A DNA stretch of 64,000 nucleotides. It comes from Candidatus Latescibacterota bacterium (lineage in GTDB: Bacteria > Latescibacterota > UBA2968 > UBA8231). The notes beneath the pieces were generated by a model. That model had not been told where the DNA came from. It was given only the letters and a program-made list of their open reading frames with translations, and searched no databases. Below, piece after piece: positions 18,883 to 28,150 of this stretch. Numbering within the stretch: position 1 is the first letter of the stretch; the number at the start of each line of letters is the position of its first letter. The position numbers and the translations under genes were made by a program. The stretch lies in contig OZ241362.1 of NCBI GenBank assembly GCA_965200315.1, forward strand, positions 3,744,001 to 3,808,000, written 5' to 3'.

Positions 18883-19210
18883 GCACACCCTCCGCGCCTG
18901 CCAACGGGCGGTGGACGAGTGGATCGCCGAGATCGGTGTGCGCTACTTCTCCGAGCTGACCAATACGGCCGTGCTGATGGAAGAAGTCGGCGAGCTGGCG
19001 CGAATCATGGCCCGCACCTTTGGGGAGCAGAGTTTTAAGGAGGGCGAAGAAGCCGACCTCGGCATGGAGCTGGCCGACGTGCTCTTCGTTCTCATATGCC
19101 TCGCCAATCAGACCGGGGTCGACTTGGAGGAATCCTTCCAGCGCGCGCTGGCCAAGAAGACCCGACGCGACCGCCGGCGTCACGCGGAAAACCCCAAACT
19201 CCAGTCTTGA
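18863..19210 (+). CDS. MazG-like nucleotide pyrophosphohydrolase (YpjD-like)
   Basis: YFSELTN, LMEEVGELAR and ELADVLFVLICLANQTGVDL motifs. Confidence 0.92.
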   Translation: MSQPAPEHTLRACQRAVDEWIAEIGVRYFSELTNTAVLMEEVGELARIMARTFGEQSFKEGEEADLGMELADVLFVLICLANQTGVDLEESFQRALAKKTRRDRRRHAENPKLQS

Positions 19211-19287
19211 TTCAGCAAACAGCCGGCAAGTTGTGCTGCACACCGTGGCGCAACTTGCCGTATCCTCATTTTGCGAAAGGGCTGTCC

Positions 19288-19950
19288 ATGAGTTCTCGCA
19301 ACGGTTTTATCGAAACGCATATTTACGACTACATCCTCGCCAACTCGCTGCGCGACCGAGACGATCTCAAGCGGTTGCGACAGGAAACCCAGGCCATGCC
19401 CATGGGCGGCATGCAGGTCTCGCCCGATCAGGGGCAGTTCATGGGGCTGCTCGTCGAGCTGATCGACGCCAAGCGGATCGTCGAGGTGGGGACTTTTACT
19501 GGCTACAGCAGCATCGCGATGGCGTTGGCCCTGCCAGCGGACGGGCGTCTAATCGCCTGCGACGTCAGCGACGAATTTACCAGCATCGCCCAGCGCTATT
19601 GGCAAGAGGCCGGCGTGGCCGACAAGATCGAATTGCGGTTGGGGCCAGCAGTAGCAACTCTCGACGGAATGCTCACAGCCGGGGAAGCGGGTTGCTTCGA
19701 CATGGCCTTTATCGACGCGGACAAGGAAAATTACGACGCCTATTACGAGCGCTGTTTGCAACTGCTGCGCCCGGGCGGATTGATCCTAATCGACAACGTG
19801 CTGTGGGGCGGACGGCCCGCCGATGCCAACGAGCAGTCCGAGAGCACCGTAGCGATCCGAGCACTCAACGCCAAAATCCACGCCGACGAACGCGTGACCG
19901 CGTCCCTGCTGTCGATTGGCGACGGGTTGACGCTGGCGCGGAAGCGGTGA
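19288..19950 (+). CDS. SAM-dependent O-methyltransferase (caffeoyl-CoA OMT-like)
   Basis: EVGTFTGYS, FIDADKENY and IDNVLWGG motifs. Confidence 0.93.
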   Translation: MSSRNGFIETHIYDYILANSLRDRDDLKRLRQETQAMPMGGMQVSPDQGQFMGLLVELIDAKRIVEVGTFTGYSSIAMALALPADGRLIACDVSDEFTSIAQRYWQEAGVADKIELRLGPAVATLDGMLTAGEAGCFDMAFIDADKENYDAYYERCLQLLRPGGLILIDNVLWGGRPADANEQSESTVAIRALNAKIHADERVTASLLSIGDGLTLARKR

Positions 19951-20028
19951 CGGAGTGTCTCATTCGTTTTATTGGCGAAGAAGGCATGTGGAAGATCATC
20001 CGCTGGATTGACGATCCGCTCGGCGGCT

Positions 20029-20250
20029 TCTGTGGCTTTGGAAAAATCTGGCTGGACGGCTGTTATAGATGACGCTACCGCTAGGGCATGTGCCCGGTCA
20101 TTAGGTGTACCCGTTATCGGAACGTTGGGGGTTGTGTTACGTGCGAAAAGACGAGGGCTAGTCGCGTTTGCCGCCAAGATTATCCGCGAGTTGCGCCATG
20201 CAGGTTTGTCCGATCAGTACTTAAGCAGGTCGTCGGAGAGGATTTCACTC
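20029..20250 (+). pseudogene. C-terminal fragment of a DUF3368 PIN-domain protein
   Basis: AVIDDATARACARSLGVPVIGTLGVVLRAKRRGLV motif with no N-terminus and a frameshift near the end. Confidence 0.75.
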
Positions 20251-20272
20251 ACCCACCGGCCACTCTCCCGAC

Positions 20273-22963
20273 TCAAGTCGAAACCCCTAACAAACCCCGC
20301 GTCAGTTGAAAATCGACGTTGCGCTGCTGCAAAGCACTGGGGATATGACTGCCGCGCGCCACTTGGGCCAACAAACCAGCCAATTGCTCGGCCCAATCGT
20401 CGGCCACACCCGTCAAGGCCAAATCAATATCATCGCCGTAGAGCGCTGCCACCGTCGGATTCGCGCTCACCTGCACCACCGGCATCAGGGGATGCCCCTG
20501 TAAAGGATGCTCGCCGGTATGGGCCAAGATCAGGTCCACGCCCGTCGCACCCAGCCCGGTAGCCGTCTCCACCCAGTGGTCGGTGGGCGTCTCCATGATG
20601 TAAAAACCCGGCTCTACCGCCGCCTCGCCATAGGGCAACGTCGCCGCATCCGACGGCTCGACTAACGCGGATTCCAGATACGCCGGTTCCCGCAGCAGGG
20701 TCGCGTTGTGCGGCACGACCACCGTGCCGCCGGCGGTCACCACCCAGCGCGTCAACTGGGCAAAAGATTGCGCCGCGTCCGCCCCCAGCTCACCGGTCGC
20801 CTGCATCCCCAAGCGCAAGGCGCCCAAGCCGCGTTCTACGGCAACGGGTGCTTCCGTCTCAGCCAGTGCTTGGCAAAACCACGCCTCGACCTTGTCCATG
20901 GCCTTGACAATGCCGCCGTCCAACTGCACAGAAGCCCAGCCGAAAACAGCCGGGTCCAACCCCCATTCCTCAAAGCCGTTGCGCATGTAGTCGTTGTGCG
21001 TCTTTTCGCAGCCGTGCTCCAGCAGCAAAACGCGCTGGGCCAGCGGATGGGCTGCGTAGCCCATCATGGTGCGCAAGTGCATTTGCTCGGTGGCACCGCT
21101 CGACGACAGCCCACAGCCCTCGGTATGGACCAAGGCGACAAAGCGCGACAAGCCCTGCTGGCGGCCCACTTGCCGGGCGTTGAGCCGCTCGGCGCACATG
21201 CGGGCGATCTGGCCAGCGCACAGGCTGGTGGGCAATACCAACCCCACCTGATCGATAGCCGACCCGCGCACTCCGTCCAGCATGGGGAACGACACCGCTG
21301 GCCCGACTGCGGGCCGTACCGGCGCGGGCCGTACCGCAAGCGCGGGAGCGGCCAACAGTTCCTCTAACCGGCTGGTATCGGTCTGTTGCCAGTTGCGCCA
21401 GATGGACACTTGGGCGTGGCCGGCCCGCTCGCCCAGCGAGCGCTCGCCCGAGGCCACCCGCAAGGTGCGCTCGAACAACGCCTCGCCCAACTCGTCCATC
21501 GGCGAGCCATCCAAGTAGGCCCCGGCGTTGACATCGAGATCCGCGGCCAGCAACTGGTAGCGCTCCGAGGTGGTGACGATCTTGATCGTCGGCACAAAGG
21601 GGAAATTGGTGATGGAACCGTTGCCCGTGACAAAGAAAATGGCATTGCAGCCGCTGGCCACCTGCCCGGCAATGCTCTCCAAGTCGTTGCCCGGACTGTC
21701 CATAAAGTAGAAACCAGCCCCTTTGAGCGGCTCGCTGTACTCAATGGCGTAGTCCAAGCGCACGTCCGGGTCGCGCTTGCGCGCCGCGCCAATGGACTTG
21801 AGCGCGATATTGTAGAGGCCGCGAAATTTGTTGCCCCCGGAGGGATTGCCCTCGGCGGAGGCCCCGTGCCACGACACCCGCTCCTTGAAGCGCTCGACCA
21901 TGTGCAAAAAGGTGCGCGCGGTCTCCACATCCTTGACGTTTTGCAACACGTACGGTTCGGCGCCGATCAGCTCGTCGGTCTCGGCGAGGTTGGCTGCGCC
22001 GCCGTAGCGGATCAGTTCGCGCGCCACCCAAGCGGCCAGCGGGTTGCCCGAAATGCCCGAAAAGGCGTCCGATCCGCCGCACTGTAAGGCGATCTTGAGA
22101 TGGCTTAGGTCGTGCTCTCCTCGCTCCTCGCCCGCCATTTCCGCAGCCCAAGCTGCTACTTGCCGGTCTCCCTCTGCCAAACGCGCCTCAAAGGCACCGT
22201 CCAAGCGCATAAAGCAATGCCGGACGTGGTCGAGGGCATAGCCGTGCGCCGCCATGTACTCCCGCAGCATTTCGTTGGTCACGGCTTCGCTGCCGTAGTC
22301 CACCGCCAGCACGGCGCCGACGTTGGGATGGACGACAAAGCCGGCCAGCGTGCGCAATAAGAGTTCGCGGTTGTTGGGAGCGGACTCGCCGCCGCCCTCG
22401 GTGTGGGCAATCGGCACCACGCCATCGCCAGCCGGGCGGCTGCTCCAGCGCTCGGCCAACAGCCGGGCATAACTAGCCGTGCGCGAGGAGGTGCCCAAAA
22501 CGACGATATAATTGCGCGTGCCCACGCCCCGTCCTCCAGAGCGACCGTAGCCGAGAAAGGTCCGCCGCTCCTCATGCTGGCTGAGCGCAACCCCAGGCTG
22601 AAAACTCGTTGGGTCCAGTTGATACGGCTCCATGCGATCGACAAAATTGGCCTGCTCGGGCAGGTCGAAGTCCAACTGCCGGATGCCCAAGGCGTCGAGC
22701 ATACTCTGGTTGCAGGCGTAGTCGCCCGGCTTCAGGGTGCGCTCGGCCACGCCAAAGGGCAGTTGCCACGACAGCAGGAACTGGCCGGGTTCAATCGGCT
22801 CGACGGCAAAGCGATGGCCTTCCATCACCGTGTGGGACAAAGTGAACGACCGTCCCTCGTAGTCGATGTCCGAGCCCGCTTCCAAGCGCCGGGTGGCAAT
22901 GGCCACATTGTCCCCGGGCATGGGCAGCCGGGCTACTTCGCTAAAGGAAAAAACCGCGTTCAT
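20273..22963 (-). CDS. UxaA/GarD family dehydratase with SAF domain and an internal duplication
   Basis: DNVAIA SAF start, GVGTRNY, QCGGSD..SG, GNPSGGN and FVTGNGS motifs, followed by a second degenerate copy; about 896 aa. Confidence 0.88.
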   Translation of the reverse strand: MNAVFSFSEVARLPMPGDNVAIATRRLEAGSDIDYEGRSFTLSHTVMEGHRFAVEPIEPGQFLLSWQLPFGVAERTLKPGDYACNQSMLDALGIRQLDFDLPEQANFVDRMEPYQLDPTSFQPGVALSQHEERRTFLGYGRSGGRGVGTRNYIVVLGTSSRTASYARLLAERWSSRPAGDGVVPIAHTEGGGESAPNNRELLLRTLAGFVVHPNVGAVLAVDYGSEAVTNEMLREYMAAHGYALDHVRHCFMRLDGAFEARLAEGDRQVAAWAAEMAGEERGEHDLSHLKIALQCGGSDAFSGISGNPLAAWVARELIRYGGAANLAETDELIGAEPYVLQNVKDVETARTFLHMVERFKERVSWHGASAEGNPSGGNKFRGLYNIALKSIGAARKRDPDVRLDYAIEYSEPLKGAGFYFMDSPGNDLESIAGQVASGCNAIFFVTGNGSITNFPFVPTIKIVTTSERYQLLAADLDVNAGAYLDGSPMDELGEALFERTLRVASGERSLGERAGHAQVSIWRNWQQTDTSRLEELLAAPALAVRPAPVRPAVGPAVSFPMLDGVRGSAIDQVGLVLPTSLCAGQIARMCAERLNARQVGRQQGLSRFVALVHTEGCGLSSSGATEQMHLRTMMGYAAHPLAQRVLLLEHGCEKTHNDYMRNGFEEWGLDPAVFGWASVQLDGGIVKAMDKVEAWFCQALAETEAPVAVERGLGALRLGMQATGELGADAAQSFAQLTRWVVTAGGTVVVPHNATLLREPAYLESALVEPSDAATLPYGEAAVEPGFYIMETPTDHWVETATGLGATGVDLILAHTGEHPLQGHPLMPVVQVSANPTVAALYGDDIDLALTGVADDWAEQLAGLLAQVARGSHIPSALQQRNVDFQLTRGLLGVST

Positions 22964-22973
22964 CGCTAGCTCC

Positions 22974-24389
22974 TCAATAATTCGTGGACGACGAAGTAAC
23001 AGCGCACCAGCGGGCCGGTTCCAGTGCTGCAAGTAAGGCGCGGCGAGCTTGGGCCGTCCCGATTTTGTGCAAAGCGGTGCTGGCATAGTAGCGCGTATAG
23101 CGATTTGGATCGGCCAGAGCGCGGGCTACCGGCGGTATCAGCTCGTCGTCGGGGGGGGCCATCTTGCTGAGGGCAAAGGCGGCGTTGCGCCGCACCAACT
23201 CCACCTCGTCGCCCATAGCGCGGGCGAGGTCTGGAGCCGCCGACCCGGCCGCCGGACCAATGGTCCCTAAAGCCTCGGCTGCATTGCGCCGCACCCACCT
23301 AGCGCCATCGCTCAAGGCCGCCTGCAACACCGGCACGGCCGCCGCCGCCGCCTCGCCCATAGTCGCCAAGGCACCGAGTGCCGCCGCCCGACCGGGCCAA
23401 GGCCCCTCCTGAGCTGCGGTCAACAGCTCGTCCAAAGCCTCCACACCCAAAGCGGCCAAGGCGTGTACCGGCCCCACTTCGCCCGGATTGCCCCCTTGGG
23501 GATTGGTCGGCGAATGGGCCATATTGGTCTCGGCTTGGGCTTGGGCTTGGCTCTGCATGTCCTCGATCAGCCCTTTTACTTGGTCTCCGCCCAAGTTGTA
23601 GGCCGCTTGCAGGCGAGCCGTTTCCGCATCCGCGCCCCAATTTTCCCAGCGCGCGCTGCCGCTGCTCGCGGCCGGCCGACCGCACAACCAGTCCCACACA
23701 TGCCGCGACAATTCTGGGTGTGGATCGTTGTCGAGTGGCTGCCAGTCGGACACCTCATTATTCCACGTCGGGGCCTCTGGCTCTGCCATGCGGGTGAACT
23801 GGTATTTGAGCATGTAGCGCCTTTTGTCCGAGCGATTGGCCGTGGCTCGGTGCCAGCTATCGAAGTTGACGATGGACACCGTGCCGGCCGGGCCGCACAA
23901 GCCCAGTTCGGTCTCGGTGGCCTGCTCTGGATCGGTACTGGAGATGCCGTTGTACCACTGCCGCCCCGGCATCACGCCGGTGGGACCCATGTCCGGGGTG
24001 ACGTCTTGGGGATAGTAAAAGGCCATGACCCAACGGCAGCGGTGATAGCGGATATTCTGGTCGAAGATATAATCGTCCTTGTGCCAAGTCTGGCCGTCGC
24101 TGCGAGGGGGGTTGAGGTGGCAGTAGCGGTGCGGGTGCATCAGATAGCCCGCGCCTAGCATACTGGTCAAGGCACCGCGCACCGCGGGGTGGGCAAAGAC
24201 TTGGGCGATGGCGGGGATGCGCGGCGCGATATTGTTGCCGGGGTTGCCTTCGGCTTCCAACACGGCGTCGATTTGGCGGCATACTGCGGCGTGAAAGTCG
24301 CCCGGAAAATCCGCCTGCACCTGAACATAGCCCTCGGCGATGAACTGCTGCATCTCAGCGTCGCTGAGCAAGTGTTTTTCTGCTTCCAT
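22974..24389 (-). CDS. Phytanoyl-CoA dioxygenase family protein with HEAT repeats
   Basis: WHKD, MGPTGVMPG and WHRA motifs; C-terminal VRRNAAEALG-type repeats. Confidence 0.88.
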   Translation of the reverse strand: MEAEKHLLSDAEMQQFIAEGYVQVQADFPGDFHAAVCRQIDAVLEAEGNPGNNIAPRIPAIAQVFAHPAVRGALTSMLGAGYLMHPHRYCHLNPPRSDGQTWHKDDYIFDQNIRYHRCRWVMAFYYPQDVTPDMGPTGVMPGRQWYNGISSTDPEQATETELGLCGPAGTVSIVNFDSWHRATANRSDKRRYMLKYQFTRMAEPEAPTWNNEVSDWQPLDNDPHPELSRHVWDWLCGRPAASSGSARWENWGADAETARLQAAYNLGGDQVKGLIEDMQSQAQAQAETNMAHSPTNPQGGNPGEVGPVHALAALGVEALDELLTAAQEGPWPGRAAALGALATMGEAAAAAVPVLQAALSDGARWVRRNAAEALGTIGPAAGSAAPDLARAMGDEVELVRRNAAFALSKMAPPDDELIPPVARALADPNRYTRYYASTALHKIGTAQARRALLAALEPARWCAVTSSSTNY

Positions 24390-24401
24390 GCTCTTCGCCT
24401 C

Positions 24402-25703
24402 CTAAAAGCGTCGGTCCAACGCCCATTCGGCCCAAGACCGCACGTATTCGTTGCCCTGCTGGCGCGCCCGTTGCAAGGCGGTTCCTGCCCGCCATTTGGC
24501 CAGCGTCATAGCTGCGTTTTCGCGCAGCGGCGCGTCGGACAGAGACCAAGGCGTCATCGCACGGCTATCGTCTAGGGCCTGTGTCAAAGCCGGCACCGCC
24601 GCCGGCACCCGGCCCATATTGCCCAAGGCGTCGGCGGCATTGCGGCAGACCCATTCGCTGTCGTCCTGCAATGCGGCGGCAAGGGCCGTGGCCGCTTCCT
24701 CAGCCTCGGCCCCCATGCAGCCCAAGGCCGTGGCCGCCCCGGCGCGCAGCCACCAATCCCCATCCTGCAACGCCTCGATGAGCGCGGGCACCGCGACAGC
24801 ACCAGCCGCCGCCAGCCCGTAGGGGCTCTCCAACTGGCTGGGATTGGTAAAATCGCCGCGCTCGAGATTGGTTTGCCAACGCCGGGCGGACTCGTCTTTT
24901 AGCGCCGCCATTAACACCGGCACCCCTTCGGCTCCCAGTGCCCCCAAGTCGTAATAGGCATCCAACCGCACTCGTTCATCGGAATCCTGCAAAGCCGCCT
25001 GCCAGGCTTCCACCGATCTATGCGGCCTCAAGGCAGGAGCCTGCCCCCCATACCAGCGCCACAGTGTGCGGTACAGTGCCGCGTGGCGTCCCGTGGGCAC
25101 CCACCGACTGCGCTGTTCTGGCGCACTCTCCTCGGTGCGGGCAAAGAGGAATTTCAGCATGTAGCGCGTCTGGGTCGAGCGATTGGCCGTGGCCCGATGC
25201 CACAATTCGTAGTGGGTGATAACCACGGTGCCCGCCGCGCAAGTAAGGGCCAGCCCTTCGACCTCAGCTTCGGGGTCATCCATATAGTACTGAGTCCCGG
25301 GCACCAGCGCCGTAGGACCCATATCCGGTGTTACCTCGTGCGGATAGTACAGCAGCAGGGCATAGCGCGGGCGGTGGTAGCGCATATTGCCGCCAAAGGG
25401 ATAATCCTTGTGCCAATTCTGGGCTTGGTTGCCCGGTGCGAGATCGTGGCAGTGACAATGGCGGCAGAGAGCGTACCTAGGCCCCAGAATGCCGGTCAAG
25501 GTCGCATCTACTGCCGGATCGGCGAACAACTGGTGCAATAGGGGAATGCGATCTATCAGGCCGTTGCCCGGATTGCCCGCGGCGAGCACGCGTTCGACTT
25601 GGCGGTGCAGTTCGCGGTGCAGATCCGCACTCGCGGTCGGTTGCACCACGCGGTATCCCCCGATGATAAAATCCTGCAGGTCTGCATCGCTTAGATGGGT
25701 CAT
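24402..25703 (-). CDS. Phytanoyl-CoA dioxygenase family protein with HEAT repeats (paralog)
   Basis: WHKD, MGPTALVPG and LWHRA motifs; HEAT repeats; clearly similar to the neighbouring gene. Confidence 0.88.
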   Translation of the reverse strand: MTHLSDADLQDFIIGGYRVVQPTASADLHRELHRQVERVLAAGNPGNGLIDRIPLLHQLFADPAVDATLTGILGPRYALCRHCHCHDLAPGNQAQNWHKDYPFGGNMRYHRPRYALLLYYPHEVTPDMGPTALVPGTQYYMDDPEAEVEGLALTCAAGTVVITHYELWHRATANRSTQTRYMLKFLFARTEESAPEQRSRWVPTGRHAALYRTLWRWYGGQAPALRPHRSVEAWQAALQDSDERVRLDAYYDLGALGAEGVPVLMAALKDESARRWQTNLERGDFTNPSQLESPYGLAAAGAVAVPALIEALQDGDWWLRAGAATALGCMGAEAEEAATALAAALQDDSEWVCRNAADALGNMGRVPAAVPALTQALDDSRAMTPWSLSDAPLRENAAMTLAKWRAGTALQRARQQGNEYVRSWAEWALDRRF

Positions 25704-26797
25704 CCGCTTATCCTCACTTCCCGGCCCTCGGCGGCCGAGCGGTATAGGCCATCGAGAGCGGCTATGACGTTGAGCACTTCCTCTTTTGTGACCAGCAACT
25801 CGGCCCGTCCTGCGAGCACTTCGACAAAGTGGGCCGCCGCTTTCCAGTGGCCCGAGAAGGGCACCGAGGGGTCGGGCGGCACGTTGAGCTGGGTGTCGGC
25901 CTGATAGCGGCCCAAGGTGCCGATAAAGGTGAGCGGATTGAAGGTGAGGCCGCCCTTGGTGCCCATGATGAGGGTGCCGCCGGTGCCATCGGGCACGTTG
26001 GCCGCCCAACTGGCCCTAATGCTGATGGTGGCGTCGTTTTCCAAGCGCAAAAAGCCAGCGGCCATATCCTCGACATCGTACTCGCCCATGTCGTAGTCTC
26101 GGGGCGCAAACACGCCCTCTGGTGCGCCGCTGTCGGCCAGCGACGTGACCACGTCTTCGCGCTGGTCGGCCAGCTTGGTATAAGTCGCGCCCGAAGCGGC
26201 CACCACTTGGGGGTTGCCCATGATCCACAGCAGGGCGTCGAGCGCGTGGACGCCAATGTCGTAGAGGGGGCCGCCGCCCGAGGCTTCTTTCAGGTGGAAG
26301 CGGCCCCAAGTGGGTACGCCGCGGCGGCGGAAGGCCGAGGTTTCGGCGTAGTACATCTCGCCTAGATGACCGCTGGCGGCCAGTTGCTTGGCAGCCGTAT
26401 TCGCGCCCGAGAAGCGGCCCGTCTGGGTTACAAATAGATGGCGGCCAGCGGCCTCGGCCGCCGCGTACATGGCTACGGCATCGGCGTGGCTGGCGGCGAC
26501 GGGTTTTTCGCACAAGACGTGGGCACCGGCTTGGAGGGCGGCTTCGGTGTAGGCGCGGTGTGAGACGTTGGGGGTGCAGACGGAGACGATATCCGGGCGC
26601 AGCTCGTCCAGCATGCGCCCACAGTCGTCGTAGGCGTGGGGGATGCCGTGGCGGTCGGCGGTCTGTTGGGACTTGGCCAAGGTGTGATTGAACGCGCCGA
26701 CCACTTGTACGGCCGGGGCCAACGCCAGCCAAGCGGGGATGTGCCCGACGTTGGCAATCATGCCCGTGCCGACGATGGCTACTTTGTATGGGGCCAT
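25700..26797 (-). CDS. Gfo/Idh/MocA family oxidoreductase
   Basis: GTGMIA, HVLCEKP and GGGPLYDIGVH motifs. Confidence 0.93.
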   Translation of the reverse strand: MAPYKVAIVGTGMIANVGHIPAWLALAPAVQVVGAFNHTLAKSQQTADRHGIPHAYDDCGRMLDELRPDIVSVCTPNVSHRAYTEAALQAGAHVLCEKPVAASHADAVAMYAAAEAAGRHLFVTQTGRFSGANTAAKQLAASGHLGEMYYAETSAFRRRGVPTWGRFHLKEASGGGPLYDIGVHALDALLWIMGNPQVVAASGATYTKLADQREDVVTSLADSGAPEGVFAPRDYDMGEYDVEDMAAGFLRLENDATISIRASWAANVPDGTGGTLIMGTKGGLTFNPLTFIGTLGRYQADTQLNVPPDPSVPFSGHWKAAAHFVEVLAGRAELLVTKEEVLNVIAALDGLYRSAAEGREVRISG

Positions 26798-26844
26798 GTT
26801 TTTTTATCCTTTTGCGGCGGTGCGATGCGAACGACGTACCAGGG

Positions 26845-27249
26845 TCACAGGCGGAGGAATTGGCGCGGTGAATAGGCCGTTTGAGGAAAGTCCCGAATAA
26901 TCTGTTTGTCGGCAGTCACCAAAGGGCTATCCAGCACTTGTGCCAAAGCCACGAACTCGCAGTCGTAGGCCGAAAGCGAAGAAGCCGCGACCAAACTCAA
27001 TACCTGGACAGAAGGTACCTCGAATTCGTTTTCTTGCAGGAAATCCTCGGCCTCTTGTTGGATGGCTAACGCCTTTTCTATACTGATGATCTTTTTTTTG
27101 AGATAGAGAGCCAGTACACTTCTGAATTCACTCCTCCACAACAGCGGTGCGGCCCAATGGCTGTCTTTTCGCAGCACCTGCTCGACGAGGACTGTCTGCT
27201 TGGTGGACAGATACAGATAGCTGATGATGTTCGTATCTACGACAATCAC
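26845..27249 (-). CDS. vapC: VapC-type PIN-domain toxin
   Basis: IVVDTN, EFRSVL, SAYDCEFVALA and LVTAD PIN motifs. Confidence 0.92.
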   Translation of the reverse strand: MIVVDTNIISYLYLSTKQTVLVEQVLRKDSHWAAPLLWRSEFRSVLALYLKKKIISIEKALAIQQEAEDFLQENEFEVPSVQVLSLVAASSLSAYDCEFVALAQVLDSPLVTADKQIIRDFPQTAYSPRQFLRL

Positions 27250-27488
27250 GGTCTGCCGGTGGCAATGGCCCGTTCGATTTCCTCGGCTTGCATCGGGCTC
27301 GCTCCTATTTGAACCCGCAGGGCCCGGGCACGAATCAGGCGCTCTTCAGGCGCAACGCGCCGGGCGAGAAAGGCGTGCTCCAAGCAGGCGATGATTTCAC
27401 TGTTGAGGCTGCGGCGGTGCGTTTGGGCGGCTGTTTTCAACTCTGCATAGAGCTTGGGTGGGATATTCTTTACGGTAATTGCTGGCAT
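27246..27488 (-). CDS. Arc/FitA-like ribbon-helix-helix antitoxin
   Basis: ITVKNIP..LY..LK..AQ..RRSLNSEII motif; 4-nt overlap with vapC. Confidence 0.9.
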   Translation of the reverse strand: MPAITVKNIPPKLYAELKTAAQTHRRSLNSEIIACLEHAFLARRVAPEERLIRARALRVQIGASPMQAEEIERAIATGRP

Positions 27489-27513
27489 GAGTACGCTCTT
27501 TCCTGAAGATTGT

Positions 27514-27553
27514 ATTTTGGTATCAAAATGGTTTACTCTTGTCTAGTGGTCAA
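27514..27553 (-). promoter_or_regulatory. vapBC promoter/operator
   Basis: TTGACC (27553-27548) and a near-palindrome ATTTTGGTATCAAAAT (27514-27529). Confidence 0.6.
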
Positions 27554-27587
27554 GAGGCTACGAAAAAAATCGTTTTTTTTGACCCAA

Positions 27588-27604
27588 CGGACATTCCCTG
27601 TCCG
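27588..27604. promoter_or_regulatory. Putative WYL/HTH regulator operator
   Basis: Perfect inverted repeat CGGACA-N5-TGTCCG upstream of the HTH gene, next to TTGACC at 27579. Confidence 0.5.
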
Positions 27605-27641
27605 CTTGGAGAACATCTTTAATTCCGTGGAGAACCAAGCT

Positions 27642-27854
27642 ATGCCCATAACCGATGCGATTCACAAGACGGATCGACTTGAAGAAATCAAAATACTGTT
27701 CCTGCGACGGCCCGAAGGGGTAGGGACTAGAGAAATCGCCCAGCTTTTGCGCGTGAGCCAACGGACGGCCCGGCGCTATGTACTGGAATTGTCGGAGAAG
27801 GGGCGGCTGCCGGTGTACCAGGAGGGCCGGGTCTGGAAGCTAGTGGAGGGCTGA
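27642..27854 (+). pseudogene. Winged-HTH protein, probably the N-terminal remnant of a WYL-domain regulator
   Basis: DRLEEI..L......G....EIAQLLRVSQRTARRYV..L motif. After the TGA the frame continues QIDLRRIQLNLSHA, which resembles a WYL-regulator linker, and then breaks. Confidence 0.65.
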
Positions 27855-27907
27855 CAAATCGATCTGCGTCGTATCCAGTTAAACCTATCGCACGCGGGTA
27901 AGAAAAC

Positions 27908-27949
27908 GCCTTGCAATGCCTTGCATAGTGAACAAAGTTGCACTATAAT
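27908..27949 (+). promoter_or_regulatory. cas operon sigma70 promoter
   Basis: TTGCAT (27921-27926), 17 nt, TATAAT (27944-27949). A direct repeat GCCTTGCA x2 overlaps the -35. Confidence 0.7.
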
Positions 27950-28150
27950 TTGAGTATGATAACAGCAAAACCAACTCAGAAGGAGAACTGACGTGGGCGC
28001 GACCTATCGGACTCAAACCGAGGGGCCGCCGCGAATACGTGCTTTCGGACGGAAAACCCATCGCCGAGATTGAGTTCGAGGGAGAAACGGAGAACTGAAG
28101 CGGTTGCCGGCGGTTTTGTTGAAGGCTTACCAATAAGTCTGGAGAAGAAC

